Assembly (NCBI GenBank): GCA_963702845.1
Contig: OY969763.1
Coordinates: 3,008,001 to 3,072,000, forward strand
Length of the DNA: 64,000 nt
Direction: 5' to 3'
DNA from: an uncultured Verrucomicrobiae bacterium
GTDB lineage: Bacteria > Verrucomicrobiota > Verrucomicrobiia > Limisphaerales > Palsa-1400
The notes beneath the pieces are model-generated. The model was not told where the DNA came from, searched no databases, and saw nothing but the letters and a program-made list of their open reading frames with translations. The first letter of the stretch is position 1, and the number at the start of each line of letters is the position of its first letter. The position numbers and the translations under genes are program-made. Of the stretch, positions 1 to 9,991 are shown in pieces.

Positions 1-533
1 GCGACAGCAGCGCATCGTTGTTGGGATCACAGGCAATGATCACCAAAATTTATTTTCCACGAATCCTTATCCCGATTAGCTCGGTGCTCAGCGGTTGCGT
101 CGATTTTGTCATCAGCCTCGTTCTGTTATTTGTGATGATGATCTATTATCACATGCCGTTCACCACGAACCTGCTGCTGATCCCCGTTTTCTTTTTAATG
201 ATCGTCGCCGCAACGTGCGCAATGGGTTTCTGGTTCAGCGCACTGAACGTAAAATATCGCGACGTAAAATACATCGTTCCGTTCATCATTCGAATTGGCA
301 TGTTTATTTGTCCCGTCATGTATTTGTCGATCACGGCGAAATGGCAGTTCCTCTATTCGGCCCTGAATCCATTGGTGGGCATTCTTGAAGGATTTCGCTG
401 GAGCGCATTCGGCCACAACTTCGAACCGTATTGGCCCGGTTTTTGGATTGGATTGGGATTAATTTGCGTGCTGCTGGTTTCAGGCGCGTATTATTTCCGC
501 AGCACGGAAAAAACTTTCGCAGACATCATCTGA
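1..533 (+). CDS. wzm: ABC transporter permease, Wzm/RfbA-type polysaccharide export (5' truncated by the window)
   Basis: Hydrophobic ORF with KIYFPR, LNVKYRDV and LNPLVGILEGFR motifs and C-terminal FADII; directly upstream of the Wzt ATPase. Confidence 0.9.
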   Translation, partial: DSSASLLGSQAMITKIYFPRILIPISSVLSGCVDFVISLVLLFVMMIYYHMPFTTNLLLIPVFFLMIVAATCAMGFWFSALNVKYRDVKYIVPFIIRIGMFICPVMYLSITAKWQFLYSALNPLVGILEGFRWSAFGHNFEPYWPGFWIGLGLICVLLVSGAYYFRSTEKTFADII

Positions 534-535
534 GC

Positions 536-1774
536 ATGGCGCAACCAATCATTTCCGCCCGCAACATCAGCAAGCGCTACCGCCTCGGAGCCACTCACGC
601 TCACGACACCTTGCGCGATCGCATCACGCACTCACTGCGTCAGTTGGTCTCTGGCGGCTCCGACAAAAGCAACGGCGACGAAATTCTTTGGGCTCTCAGC
701 GATGTATCCTTCGACGTGGAACAAGGCGATGTCGTCGGCGTCGTTGGCCGAAATGGCGCGGGAAAATCAACCCTTCTCAAAATCCTCAGTCGCATCACCG
801 AACCAACGTCGGGCGAAATTCGTGTCCGTGGCCGACTCGCCAGTTTATTGGAAGTCGGAACAGGTTTTCACCCCGAACTCACCGGGCGCGAAAACATCTT
901 CTTGAACGGCGCGATTCTGGGAATGAAGCAAGCCGAGGTTCGCAAAAAATTTGACGCCATCGTCGCGTTCTCCGAAGTGGAAAAATTCTTAGACACGCCA
1001 ATCAAACGTTACAGCAGCGGTATGTATGTGCGCCTCGCATTTGCCGTCGCCGCACACCTCGAACCCGAGATCCTCGTAGTCGATGAAGTGCTCGCCGTAG
1101 GCGACGCCCAATTCCAAAGCAAATGTCTCGGTAAAATGGGAGAAGTCGCGCGGGAAGGTCGCACAGTTCTATTCGTCAGTCACAACATGGCGGCAGTCAG
1201 CGCACTCTGCCGCAAAGGCATTCTGCTTCAGGGCGGACGTCTCACCAAAGCAGGCCCTATCGAAGGAATCGTTTCAACTTACGTCGCAACCACCGGTCAG
1301 GGCGCACATCAATTCACTGCGACAAACAGAACCGGCGGGGGCATGGTGCAAATCAAAAATTTTGAGGTCTCGTCGAGTCGCGGACCAAATGTGGTTGTTT
1401 GCGGCGCAAAAATGCATTTCACGATCACCTACGAAGCGGAAAAAGCTGATCTCCCAATTCAATTTGTCATCGGTGTTTTTGACGCATTCAACGTTCGCGT
1501 GCTGTATCTCGATAGCCAGGTCGACGCCACGCTCCCGCACGATTTCCCTCGTTGTGGAAAAGTCCGGCTCGAATTTGGCGAGGAATTTTCACTCAACCCC
1601 GGACGGTTTTCGATCAACATCGGAGCGCGTGTCCGTGGAGAACTGGTCGACCACATCAAACAGGCCCTCGTTTTCGACGTGCAGGAAGGCAACTTTTTCG
1701 GCAGCGGCCGAACCGCGGCAGATAAAGGAAGCGTCCTTTACCGGAACAAATGGCAGTTCGAAGCTGCCGACTAA
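536..1774 (+). CDS. wzt: Polysaccharide ABC transporter ATP-binding protein with C-terminal Wzt_C-like domain
   Basis: Walker A GRNGAGKST, signature YSSGM, VVDEVLAVGD, and a ~150 aa C-terminal extension. ATG at 536 follows the wzm stop. Confidence 0.92.
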   Translation: MAQPIISARNISKRYRLGATHAHDTLRDRITHSLRQLVSGGSDKSNGDEILWALSDVSFDVEQGDVVGVVGRNGAGKSTLLKILSRITEPTSGEIRVRGRLASLLEVGTGFHPELTGRENIFLNGAILGMKQAEVRKKFDAIVAFSEVEKFLDTPIKRYSSGMYVRLAFAVAAHLEPEILVVDEVLAVGDAQFQSKCLGKMGEVAREGRTVLFVSHNMAAVSALCRKGILLQGGRLTKAGPIEGIVSTYVATTGQGAHQFTATNRTGGGMVQIKNFEVSSSRGPNVVVCGAKMHFTITYEAEKADLPIQFVIGVFDAFNVRVLYLDSQVDATLPHDFPRCGKVRLEFGEEFSLNPGRFSINIGARVRGELVDHIKQALVFDVQEGNFFGSGRTAADKGSVLYRNKWQFEAAD

Positions 1775-1908
1775 TTAAATGGGACCGAGGCTCTTCTTCG
1801 CCGCACCATTCGCCTCAAGAAACTAGCGGTTCATTTCCTCATCGAAGTCTTTATTGGAGTTGGTGACCGAAAATTGATTTAATAACTTTGATGTTCAATC
1901 CATAACCA

Positions 1909-2962
1909 ATGTCCACGCCGCTCATTTCCATCTGCGTTCCGAACCTGAATAAGGTCCGGTATCTGCCGGAGCGAATGGAAACGCTCTTGGCCCAGACCTT
2001 CACCGATTGGGAAATGATTGTGTGCGACAGTTATTCGGACGATGGTTCGTGGGAGCTGCTGCAAAAGTACAAAAGCGATCCTCGAATCCGATTGTATCAG
2101 GTGCCGCGTCATGGAATCTATGCCGGCTGGAACGAATGCCTTCAACGCGCTCAAGGCGAATACATCAATATCGCAACCAGCGACGATACCGCCAGCCCAT
2201 GCCTTCTGGAAAAATTGATCGAACCCCTGGAACGCCGACGCGACATACATCTGTCGGTTTGCGACTTCCAGGAAATTGACGCGCAATCTCGACCGACGGC
2301 ACACCGTTGCGTGCGGTTTCGGGAGTTTCTCAGTCGGTGGTTGAACGTCCCGCACATACGTAGTGGCAAAACCGAGTTTCTGGCCAACACCGTGTTCATC
2401 GCCACGTGGTATACTATGGCGTCGGTTTTATTTCGTCGCTCACTTCTGACAAACACCGGACTTTTTCGAACCGACAAGAAATCGTTCGCCGATACAGATT
2501 GGACCCTTCGCGCGTCGCTGGCCACTGACATTGCCCATGTCCCCGGCCAATGGACTACGTTCCGCTTGTCACCCGAACAGGCAACACCAGCAAGGAACAC
2601 GCCGGAGCATTGGCGCATATATCTAGATAGCCTCACAGACGTGCTCGACGAACCCGGTTCACGTATCCCACAAGAATGGAAGCAGGTATCCGGATGGCGC
2701 GAAAGATTACTGCAATACCGCCATAACTGGTACTCTGGATTCATTCCAACTCTACCGTTGGACCTTAAAATCAAATCCACAGGAATTCTTTCGGGGCATG
2801 AAACAGGCAGCGGTTCACGAACCGGGTTGGCTGGCAAAACAGGCGTTACGTGCTTTTCCACCTCGAGCGCGGGACACAGACCCGAAGGCGATCGACGAAC
2901 TTCACGACCTCATCCGTCACTTTCAAGCGCCGTGGCCTCCGATTGAAATCTCGCAATGGTAA
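1909..2962 (+). CDS. Glycosyltransferase family 2 (apparent frameshift near 2733)
   Basis: ISICVPNLN, VCDSYSDDGS and ATSDD motifs. After ~2733 another frame reads LDSFQLYRWTLK...WPPIEISQW* (stop 2960-2962), which is more protein-like than the ORF-track tail. Confidence 0.8.
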
Positions 2963-3008
2963 ACGGTTTCCACTAGTCTGATCGCGAGTTACTGTTCGCT
3001 TTTTGCTG

Positions 3009-3974
3009 ATGCACAAGTCGCCCCCACTGGTTTCGGTCATCATTCCGACATACAATCGCAGTGATATTGTCGGCCAAGCGGTCCAGAGCGCACTCGGCCA
3101 GGATTATCCAGCCAGGCAAATTATTGTGGTGGATGACGGTTCCACGGATAACACACTGGACGTATTAAAACAGTTCAGCGGCATCGAAGTCATTTCACAA
3201 TCCAACCAAGGCGCCAGCGCTGCCCGCAATCGCGGACTCAACGTGGCCAAAGGTGAATACATCGCCACGCTCGATTCCGATGATTGCTGGAGCAAAGAGT
3301 ATCTGGCCTACGGAATGCAACGCATGCACCGGTACAACGTCGAAGTTTTCTTCGCAAACTGGAAGGAGGTTGGGCCGAAAGGAGAAATCGATTGCCCCGA
3401 TTATTTCGCAAAGGCGAAAATAATGCAGCCTTTTCACGGGTTGGTTAATAGCGACGGCGATGTCCAACTCTCATCACAGCAATGCCGCCAGCTTTTCCTG
3501 AACGGATTGGCAGCGCCATCGTCAGGGCTGATCATGCGCCGCAATTTAATCGCGCAAGGGTGGGAGCGAGGTCTGACCATGGGCGAAGATTGGCTGATGT
3601 TGCTGAAGGCTGTGTTGCAACAACGCATCGGCTGCGCGTTCACCATGCGACAGTTGTGGACAAAAATGCGTGACGGCAAAAATATTTACGATCTCACCGT
3701 CGCAACTCCCGAATTGCTACAAAAAGTGGCCGTCGACACCGAAACAGTCGCGCAACGCGTCATGGAATTGCTAACGCCGTTGGAGCAAAAGGAATTTCGC
3801 GCGCTCGTGGCTGAAAAGTATTTCGACTACGCCTATTCCGTTTCATCGAGCGACCCGGCACGCGCCCTCTCTGCGTATCGCAAATCCAATAAATTGGCGT
3901 TTCGATCAAAGACCTGTCTCGCCATTTTGAAAACATTAGTGAAGAGCGCCAGCCGGAAACCTCACGCTCACTAG
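3009..3974 (+). CDS. Glycosyltransferase family 2
   Basis: VSVIIPTYNR, VVDDGSTD, ARNRG and LDSDD motifs. Confidence 0.9.
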   Translation: MHKSPPLVSVIIPTYNRSDIVGQAVQSALGQDYPARQIIVVDDGSTDNTLDVLKQFSGIEVISQSNQGASAARNRGLNVAKGEYIATLDSDDCWSKEYLAYGMQRMHRYNVEVFFANWKEVGPKGEIDCPDYFAKAKIMQPFHGLVNSDGDVQLSSQQCRQLFLNGLAAPSSGLIMRRNLIAQGWERGLTMGEDWLMLLKAVLQQRIGCAFTMRQLWTKMRDGKNIYDLTVATPELLQKVAVDTETVAQRVMELLTPLEQKEFRALVAEKYFDYAYSVSSSDPARALSAYRKSNKLAFRSKTCLAILKTLVKSASRKPHAH

Positions 3975-4011
3975 ACTCTCTAGCGTTGAAATCGGCGCAG
4001 CAAACCTTTGG

Positions 4012-4818
4012 CTATTCCCGCCGGATCGTCATGGCCCGCCCGACACGGTGCGCCAGCGAACCGCGAGTCGCATCGAGGCGTTCCTCCAGAACCTGAATCT
4101 GCCGTTCTTCTTCCAACACGACTTCCTCAACATGTTCGCGATAGAGCTCGATGTGATTCTTAAGGAGACGCCCCATCAGTTCCGGGCGAATGCGGTCCGA
4201 ACCCGTAACCATGCTGACATTCCCGACGCGATAATGGAAAAGCACTTCTGGAATGGCGTGAACAAACCAACCTCGTTTTGTGACGGCAATGTTGAAGTTC
4301 CAATCCTCATAGCCTTGCCGCATCGTCTCGTCATAGCCACCCACCTCTTCCCAGCATTTACGGCGGAATAGGCAGCTCGCATGGCAAGGGTTGTGCGAAA
4401 GGAATGCTTTAACGCCAACTTTCAGCTCGTGCTTAACCAATCGTTTAACAACGCCAAAAGTCTGGCACCAACTGGTCACGATTCCTACTGACGGCTCAGA
4501 TTTTAGCACCGCGATGGCTTTTTCCAAAAATGTCGGTGCGAAATAATCGTCTGAGTCCAGCGTCACAATATATTCAGACTTGCTGCGGGTGATGCCAAAA
4601 TTTCTTGCGGAAGACAGGTGCTCGTTCTTCTTTGTGAAGACAGTGGTTTTCGGTTTGTTGTAGTTTTCCAGCTTCCGAATCGTGACCGGATCAGTGGAAC
4701 CGTCGTTGACCACGAATATCTCATAATCAACAAACGTTTGGGCAAGGATACTGTCGACCGCTTTGTCGAGAAATCGCCCGTGGTTGTAGCACGGGATGAC
4801 GACGGTGACCTTCGGCAT
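4012..4818 (-). CDS. Glycosyltransferase family 2
   Basis: VVIPCYN, VNDGSTD, LDSDD, VGGYDE and EDW motifs. Confidence 0.9.
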   Translation of the reverse strand: MPKVTVVIPCYNHGRFLDKAVDSILAQTFVDYEIFVVNDGSTDPVTIRKLENYNKPKTTVFTKKNEHLSSARNFGITRSKSEYIVTLDSDDYFAPTFLEKAIAVLKSEPSVGIVTSWCQTFGVVKRLVKHELKVGVKAFLSHNPCHASCLFRRKCWEEVGGYDETMRQGYEDWNFNIAVTKRGWFVHAIPEVLFHYRVGNVSMVTGSDRIRPELMGRLLKNHIELYREHVEEVVLEEERQIQVLEERLDATRGSLAHRVGRAMTIRRE

Positions 4819-4827
4819 ATTAAACGG

Positions 4828-6327
4828 CTAAATCACACCGATCTCGACTGGTCGTCGCACCATTGCAGGTTGAGCAGCCAAACTGGGCGAAACGCTCAAG
4901 ACTGGCTTTACGTCGCTTTGCTTTAAGAAGGATGTATCGAACAGCGTCTTCTTGTCCGTCTCTCCCAAACCACCCGTCAGACAAATGCGCACAGTATCGA
5001 GCAGAATGAACATGTCGAGGAACACGCCCATGTTCTTGGTGTAATACAAATCATATTCCAACTTGCGGCGCGCGTCCTCGATTGATGCGCCATAAGGATA
5101 ATTCACCTGAGCCCAACCCGTGATGCCGGGCTGCACCATCAAACGTTCCTGGAAATATGGAATTTCGGACGCCAGTTCATTCAGGAACTCGGGGCGTTCC
5201 GGGCGCGGCCCAACAAAGGACATTTCGCCACGCAACACATTGATGAGTTGTGGAATTTCGTCGATGCGATATTTCCGCAGGATTTTACCGAGGGGCGTGA
5301 CGCGTGAATCATTCGCCTTCGACCACACTGCACCATTCTTTTCTGCATCCACGCTCATGCTGCGAAGTTTGATTACCTGGAACAGTTTTCCAAACCGGCC
5401 GCAGCGGGTTTGCTTGTAGAAAACGGGGCCACGCGAGGTCAATTTAAGAGCCGCCATTCCAGCCAACATCAAAGGCCCAAGGAATAACAACCCGAGCAAA
5501 GAAACGATGATGTCAAAGCTGCGTTTGACTTTGGTGATATAAAGCTGATGCGGGCCAGTGCTGGCGCTCAAAAGCCAGTCGGGCGTAATTAGTTCCAGCG
5601 GCACCATCTGATGGACTTCTTCGAACAAGCTGATCAGCGGCTTCACCGTGATCCCTGAGTAGCGCAGTTCGCAAAAAGCTTTGCACATCGCAGGATCCAT
5701 GATGCTCTTGTTGCTGCACAACACTCGGTGAACGTTGTTGCGCTTCACGATCGTCGAAAGGTCTTTGACGCTGCCGAGGACGCGCATGTGCCCGCTCGGT
5801 TTAAAATCTTCGCAACGCACCAACCCCACCAACTCCAGGTGTTGCTTGCCGAAATTTTCGAAGAGACGCGCCTCAAGTTCATCAAATGTGTTCGTCACGA
5901 TGAATGCGACGCGTTCGCGATAATTACTGATCACCCGTAACAGAACCGAGTGGTGAAAAAGGACCGCGAAGTATGCGAGAGGAAAAGCGAAGATCATGAC
6001 CGAACGAGCGACTTCGGTCGACTTCTTGATATAGAACAATCCGAACATCAATCCCGTCGTCACAGCCACGCCAATGGCAAGAACCAAGGCACGCTTGAAC
6101 ACGCCGCGGTGAACGCTGTTCGGCGCATACAATCCAAAAATGTAAGTAATGCTCGGAAAAAAAAGAGCCCCGAATATGACCGCCGGCAGATAGGCGACCC
6201 ATTTGTGAGTAAGCTGGTCCGGAAATCGTCCGATAGTCGTTAGAAAGAAAGCAAAGAAGAAAATCAACGCATCCAGCGAGAAGTTCAGCGTAACATGTAC
6301 CCAATGCTGCTTGAGAAAAGATCTCAT
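4828..6327 (-). CDS. Polyprenyl glycosylphosphotransferase (priming sugar transferase, WcaJ/WbaP-like)
   Basis: N-terminal TM helices, then KRSFDII, KLRSM, RIDEIPQLINVLRGEMSFVGPRPE, PGITGWAQV and DLYY. Confidence 0.92.
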   Translation of the reverse strand: MRSFLKQHWVHVTLNFSLDALIFFFAFFLTTIGRFPDQLTHKWVAYLPAVIFGALFFPSITYIFGLYAPNSVHRGVFKRALVLAIGVAVTTGLMFGLFYIKKSTEVARSVMIFAFPLAYFAVLFHHSVLLRVISNYRERVAFIVTNTFDELEARLFENFGKQHLELVGLVRCEDFKPSGHMRVLGSVKDLSTIVKRNNVHRVLCSNKSIMDPAMCKAFCELRYSGITVKPLISLFEEVHQMVPLELITPDWLLSASTGPHQLYITKVKRSFDIIVSLLGLLFLGPLMLAGMAALKLTSRGPVFYKQTRCGRFGKLFQVIKLRSMSVDAEKNGAVWSKANDSRVTPLGKILRKYRIDEIPQLINVLRGEMSFVGPRPERPEFLNELASEIPYFQERLMVQPGITGWAQVNYPYGASIEDARRKLEYDLYYTKNMGVFLDMFILLDTVRICLTGGLGETDKKTLFDTSFLKQSDVKPVLSVSPSLAAQPAMVRRPVEIGVI

Positions 6328-6467
6328 TTGCGGGTCGCGAATTTAAAGTCTATGGTTGTTTGCGTGTCTAACGGGCGGCTTTAATGGCTGAGTGTGTCAA
6401 ACGGACTGTCTCATCGCAAGCACATTCGTCGGGCACAATAATACTGCCAAAACACGCATATTACCTA

Positions 6468-6495
6468 TTGACTTCCACCCCTCCTTTGATAGGTT
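6468..6495 (+). promoter_or_regulatory. Putative sigma70 promoter of rplM-rpsI
   Basis: TTGACT-N16-TAGGTT about 22 nt upstream of the rplM ATG. Confidence 0.45.
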
Positions 6496-6517
6496 TTGCG
6501 CTCTTTGTTAGCTTTGG

Positions 6518-6952
6518 ATGAAAACGCATTTACCTAAAATCAACTTGGATCAGCGCAAATGGCACATCATTGATGCCGATGGCGCGATCTTGGGCCGTCT
6601 CGCAGCGCAAGTTGCTAACGTCCTGCGCGGCAAAAACAAACCAACTTTTACATCGCATCTCGATGCCGGTGATTTCGTTGTGGTCATTAACGCGGAAAAA
6701 ATTCGCGTGACCGGCAAGAAAGAAACCGACAAAGAGTTCATGTCCTATTCAGGTTGGAAAGGCGGCGAAAAATACGCCACCGTGGCGCAAGTTCGCGCCA
6801 AGCATCCCGAGAAGCTCATCACTCACGCCGTTAAAGGCATGATCCCGAAGAACCGCCTCGGCCGCGTGCTCCTCACCAAACTGAAAGTTTATAAAGGCGC
6901 CCAGCACCCGCACAGCGCACAACAGCCCGCCACTATGGCTCCGGCGAAATAA
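6518..6952 (+). CDS. rplM: 50S ribosomal protein L13
   Basis: WHIIDADGAILGRLAAQVANVLRGKNKP and VKGMIPKNRLGR. Confidence 0.99.
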   Translation: MKTHLPKINLDQRKWHIIDADGAILGRLAAQVANVLRGKNKPTFTSHLDAGDFVVVINAEKIRVTGKKETDKEFMSYSGWKGGEKYATVAQVRAKHPEKLITHAVKGMIPKNRLGRVLLTKLKVYKGAQHPHSAQQPATMAPAK

Positions 6953-6961
6953 CGATTTACC

Positions 6962-7360
6962 ATGGCTAAAACTGAAAAAGAATTTCTTGGCACCGGCCGT
7001 CGTAAGACCGCCGTCGCCCGCGTTCGTTTGGCGAGCGGTTCCGGCAAAATCACCGTGAACGGCCGCGCATTCGAAACCTATTTCCCCACCGAAATGCTCC
7101 GCATGGTCGTCCAACAACCGTTGGTCACGACCGATAGCGCCAGCAAGTTTGACGTCCGCGTCAACGTCGAAGGCGGCGGTCCTGCTGGTCAGGCCGGCGC
7201 AGTTCGTCACGGCATCGCCCGTGCGCTACTCGAAGTCGACACCACTTTGCGCCCGTCGCTCAAGGCCGCTGGTTTCCTGACCCGCGATCCTCGTATGCGC
7301 GAACGTAAGAAGTACGGTCAACCCGGCGCCCGCAAACGCTTCCAGTTCAGCAAGCGTTAA
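6962..7360 (+). CDS. rpsI: 30S ribosomal protein S9
   Basis: [22 protein letters not shown] and [19 protein letters not shown]. Confidence 0.99.
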   Translation: MAKTEKEFLGTGRRKTAVARVRLASGSGKITVNGRAFETYFPTEMLRMVVQQPLVTTDSASKFDVRVNVEGGGPAGQAGAVRHGIARALLEVDTTLRPSLKAAGFLTRDPRMRERKKYGQPGARKRFQFSKR

Positions 7361-7377
7361 TCGCGTGGAATTTTTCC

Positions 7378-7410
7378 AAGCCCCGCCGGAAGTCCGGCGG
7401 GGTTTTTTAT
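7378..7410 (+). terminator. Rho-independent terminator after rpsI
   Basis: CCCCGCCGGA-AG-TCCGGCGGGG stem followed by TTTTTT. Confidence 0.9.
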
Positions 7411-7413
7411 TAC

Positions 7414-7476
7414 GTATCGCAGGTTTTACGTATCGCAGGTTTCCAAACCTGCCGTATCGCCGACTTCCAAGTCGGC
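7414..7476. repeat. REP-like cluster with a GTATC foot plus hairpin
   Basis: GTATCGCAGGTTT (partial), GTATCGCAGGTTTCCAAACCTGC and GTATCGCCGACTTCCAAGTCGGC; an identical 23-mer recurs at 51449. Confidence 0.8.
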
Positions 7477-7538
7477 AGGCGTAAACAACGGAACCACACT
7501 TGATTTAACCCACCAACCCATTATTGATTACACCTGAC

Positions 7539-8600
7539 ATGACAACGACCAAAGTAGCGATCGTCGGAGCCTCCGGATATTCCGGCGAGGAACTCGTGCG
7601 CCTGCTCTTGCAGCATCCACACGCCGAACTCCGCGCCGTCACCTCGCGTCACTACGCCGGGCAAACGGTCGCCCAGGTTTTTCCAAAATTCTCCAGCTAC
7701 ACCCGTTCCAAAGCACTGCGCTTCAGCGAACCCAAATCCGAACTGTTGGCCAAAGAAGCCCAAATCGTTTTCCTCGCCCTGCCCCACGGCGTCGCCGCCG
7801 AATACGCCCGCCCGTTGCTGGACCTTGGATGTCTGGTCATCGACTTGAGCGCTGATTTTCGTTTGAAGAGCGCAGATATTTACAAAGAATTTTACGCGCA
7901 CGATCATCCCGCCCCCGAGTTGCTGGCGAAATCTGTTTATGGAATGCCGGAAGCATATCGCGACGAAATCAAGAAGGCATCGCTAATCGCATCGCCGGGT
8001 TGTTATCCGACTAGCATCATACTGCCCTTGCTTCCATTGCTGAAAGCCAAGCTGATCAAATCCAGCGGCATCATTGCCGACTCAATGAGCGGCGTCAGCG
8101 GCGCTGGCCGCAAACTGGAAGTCGATTACCTCTTTGCCGAGTGTAACGAAAGCGTTCGTCCCTACGGCATCCCCAAACATCGACACCTGTCAGAAATCGA
8201 AGAGCAACTCGGCAACGCCGCTGGTGAAAAGGTCGTAATCCAATTCACACCACACCTAATCCCAGTAAATCGCGGCATTCTGACCACGCTCTATCTCGCC
8301 CCGGAAAAACATTTCATCAACGCCACTGAAATGTCCGCCTTGGCCGAACAAATCGCCAACTGCTACCAAGCGGCCTACGGCAAAGAACCTTTCATCCGCC
8401 TCCTCGAAGGCAAAGGGCTGCCGGACACAAAAAACGTAGTCGGCACCAACGCCATCGAAATCGCCTGGCGTTTAGACCCGCGCACCGGTCGTTTGATCGT
8501 CATGAGCGCCATCGACAACATCACCAAAGGCGCCAGCGGCCAAGCGATCCAGAGCATGAACATCCTCTGCGGCTATCCTGAAACCACAGGTCTGTTGTAA
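7539..8600 (+). CDS. argC: N-acetyl-gamma-glutamyl-phosphate reductase
   Basis: GASGYSG, IDLSADFRL, PGCYPT, SGVSGAGR and DNITKGASGQAIQ. Confidence 0.97.
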   Translation: MTTTKVAIVGASGYSGEELVRLLLQHPHAELRAVTSRHYAGQTVAQVFPKFSSYTRSKALRFSEPKSELLAKEAQIVFLALPHGVAAEYARPLLDLGCLVIDLSADFRLKSADIYKEFYAHDHPAPELLAKSVYGMPEAYRDEIKKASLIASPGCYPTSIILPLLPLLKAKLIKSSGIIADSMSGVSGAGRKLEVDYLFAECNESVRPYGIPKHRHLSEIEEQLGNAAGEKVVIQFTPHLIPVNRGILTTLYLAPEKHFINATEMSALAEQIANCYQAAYGKEPFIRLLEGKGLPDTKNVVGTNAIEIAWRLDPRTGRLIVMSAIDNITKGASGQAIQSMNILCGYPETTGLL

Positions 8601-8606
8601 CAGCAC

Positions 8607-9299
8607 ATGGGCTTTGCCGAAAATCTCACCGCGATCCAACAACGCATAGCTGACGCCTGTGCTCGCGCCGGGCGTTCGCCTGATTCAGTTACGCTGGTCG
8701 CCGTCAGCAAGAACCACACGCCGGATGAAGTTCGGGAAGCGGCGGCGGCTGGACAAACATTGTTTGGTGAGAATCGAGTGCAAGAGGGAAAATTGAAGAC
8801 TTCCCTGTGTCCGGGACATTTGCGCTGGCACATGATTGGCCATTTGCAGTCGAACAAAGTGCGCGATGCGGTGCACTTTTTTCAAATGATCGAGAGCGTG
8901 GACAGTCTCGCACTCGCGCAGGAGATTAATAAATGGGCGGACAAGTCAGCCAAGACCATGCCGATTTTGCTCGAGGTGAATGTCGCGGGTGAATCGAGCA
9001 AGTTTGGTTATAAGCCTGAACGACTGCTCGCTGAGTTCGAACAAATAAACGCTCTACCAAAGATTGAAATACACGGTTTGATGACTGTTGCACCATGGGC
9101 CGAAGACCCGGAAAAAGTTCGGCCGGTATTTCGACAAATGCGCGAATTGAAGGAACAGTGTGAAAACATTTTAGGCGCGCCACTTCCGCATCTCAGCATG
9201 GGTATGAGCGGCGATTTTGAGGTAGCGATTGAAGAGGGAGCGACTATCATTAGAATCGGAACCGCGCTCTTCGGACCGCGACAAAAAGCGAAGCAGTAA
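8607..9299 (+). CDS. yggS: PLP homeostasis protein, YggS family
   Basis: LVAVSK, FGENRVQE, WHMIGHLQSNK and LSMGMSGDFEVAIEEGATIIRIGTALFG. Confidence 0.96.
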   Translation: MGFAENLTAIQQRIADACARAGRSPDSVTLVAVSKNHTPDEVREAAAAGQTLFGENRVQEGKLKTSLCPGHLRWHMIGHLQSNKVRDAVHFFQMIESVDSLALAQEINKWADKSAKTMPILLEVNVAGESSKFGYKPERLLAEFEQINALPKIEIHGLMTVAPWAEDPEKVRPVFRQMRELKEQCENILGAPLPHLSMGMSGDFEVAIEEGATIIRIGTALFGPRQKAKQ

Positions 9300-9318
9300 A
9301 AAAGTGAAAATTTGAACG

Positions 9319-9627
9319 ATGGATTTGACCGTTGAAACATTTCAGCAGGAGATCGCCGAGGCGGTTAAGACCTACGATAAGTTTATTGTCTGCCTCGATA
9401 AAACTCCCGAGGAATGCATGGCCTCGTTGGTTTCATTGATGGAAAAAGCCATCAAAGCCTATCGCGAACGCGGCCCGAATCTCCGTCACGGCATCGCCCT
9501 CGATAAACAGGTCACGATCATCTTGAGCCAGACCGAAAACGACAAACCGCTTTGCGGGATCTATTTCAACCTCTACTCGCCTTACAAAAAGAAGCCCGCG
9601 CAAGCGAAGGCGGCCAAGGAAGACTAA
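9319..9627 (+). CDS. Hypothetical protein
   Basis: 102 aa ORF co-oriented with yggS; typical codon usage. Confidence 0.7.
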   Translation: MDLTVETFQQEIAEAVKTYDKFIVCLDKTPEECMASLVSLMEKAIKAYRERGPNLRHGIALDKQVTIILSQTENDKPLCGIYFNLYSPYKKKPAQAKAAKED

Positions 9628-9654
9628 CCCAAGGCCGACGTAACGAGCTATCGA

Positions 9655-9991
9655 CTACTCCGCTCGCACTTCATCATCCTTCTGCGCGGAACCAGCCATT
9701 AAATCCGCAACGACATTGTTTTCTTTTTGCTGAGCCGTAGAACGAAGCTCTCCGACTTTTAATCCCTTCCGATAGACGGTTAACCGTTGATGTCGGTTTC
9801 GGCATAGCGCCGAATGGAAAGTTCACAATCGCGAAACGAGCCTGATCGTTGAACACAACGATCTTCCCTGTGGCCTTGAAATCGGGCGTCACCACAGCAC
9901 CGGCAGTCGTCTGCTTCGCTGGCGTGGCTGATTTTCGGTGAAACAAACAACCGGTCACGGCGACCAACAGACACAAAAGGACAATACGCAT
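9655..9991 (-). CDS. Putative lipoprotein (frameshift near 9793)
   Basis: Lipobox VTGC; alternative frame continues QRLTVYRKGLKVGELR...VVADLMAGSAQKDDEVRAE* to 9655. Confidence 0.65.
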
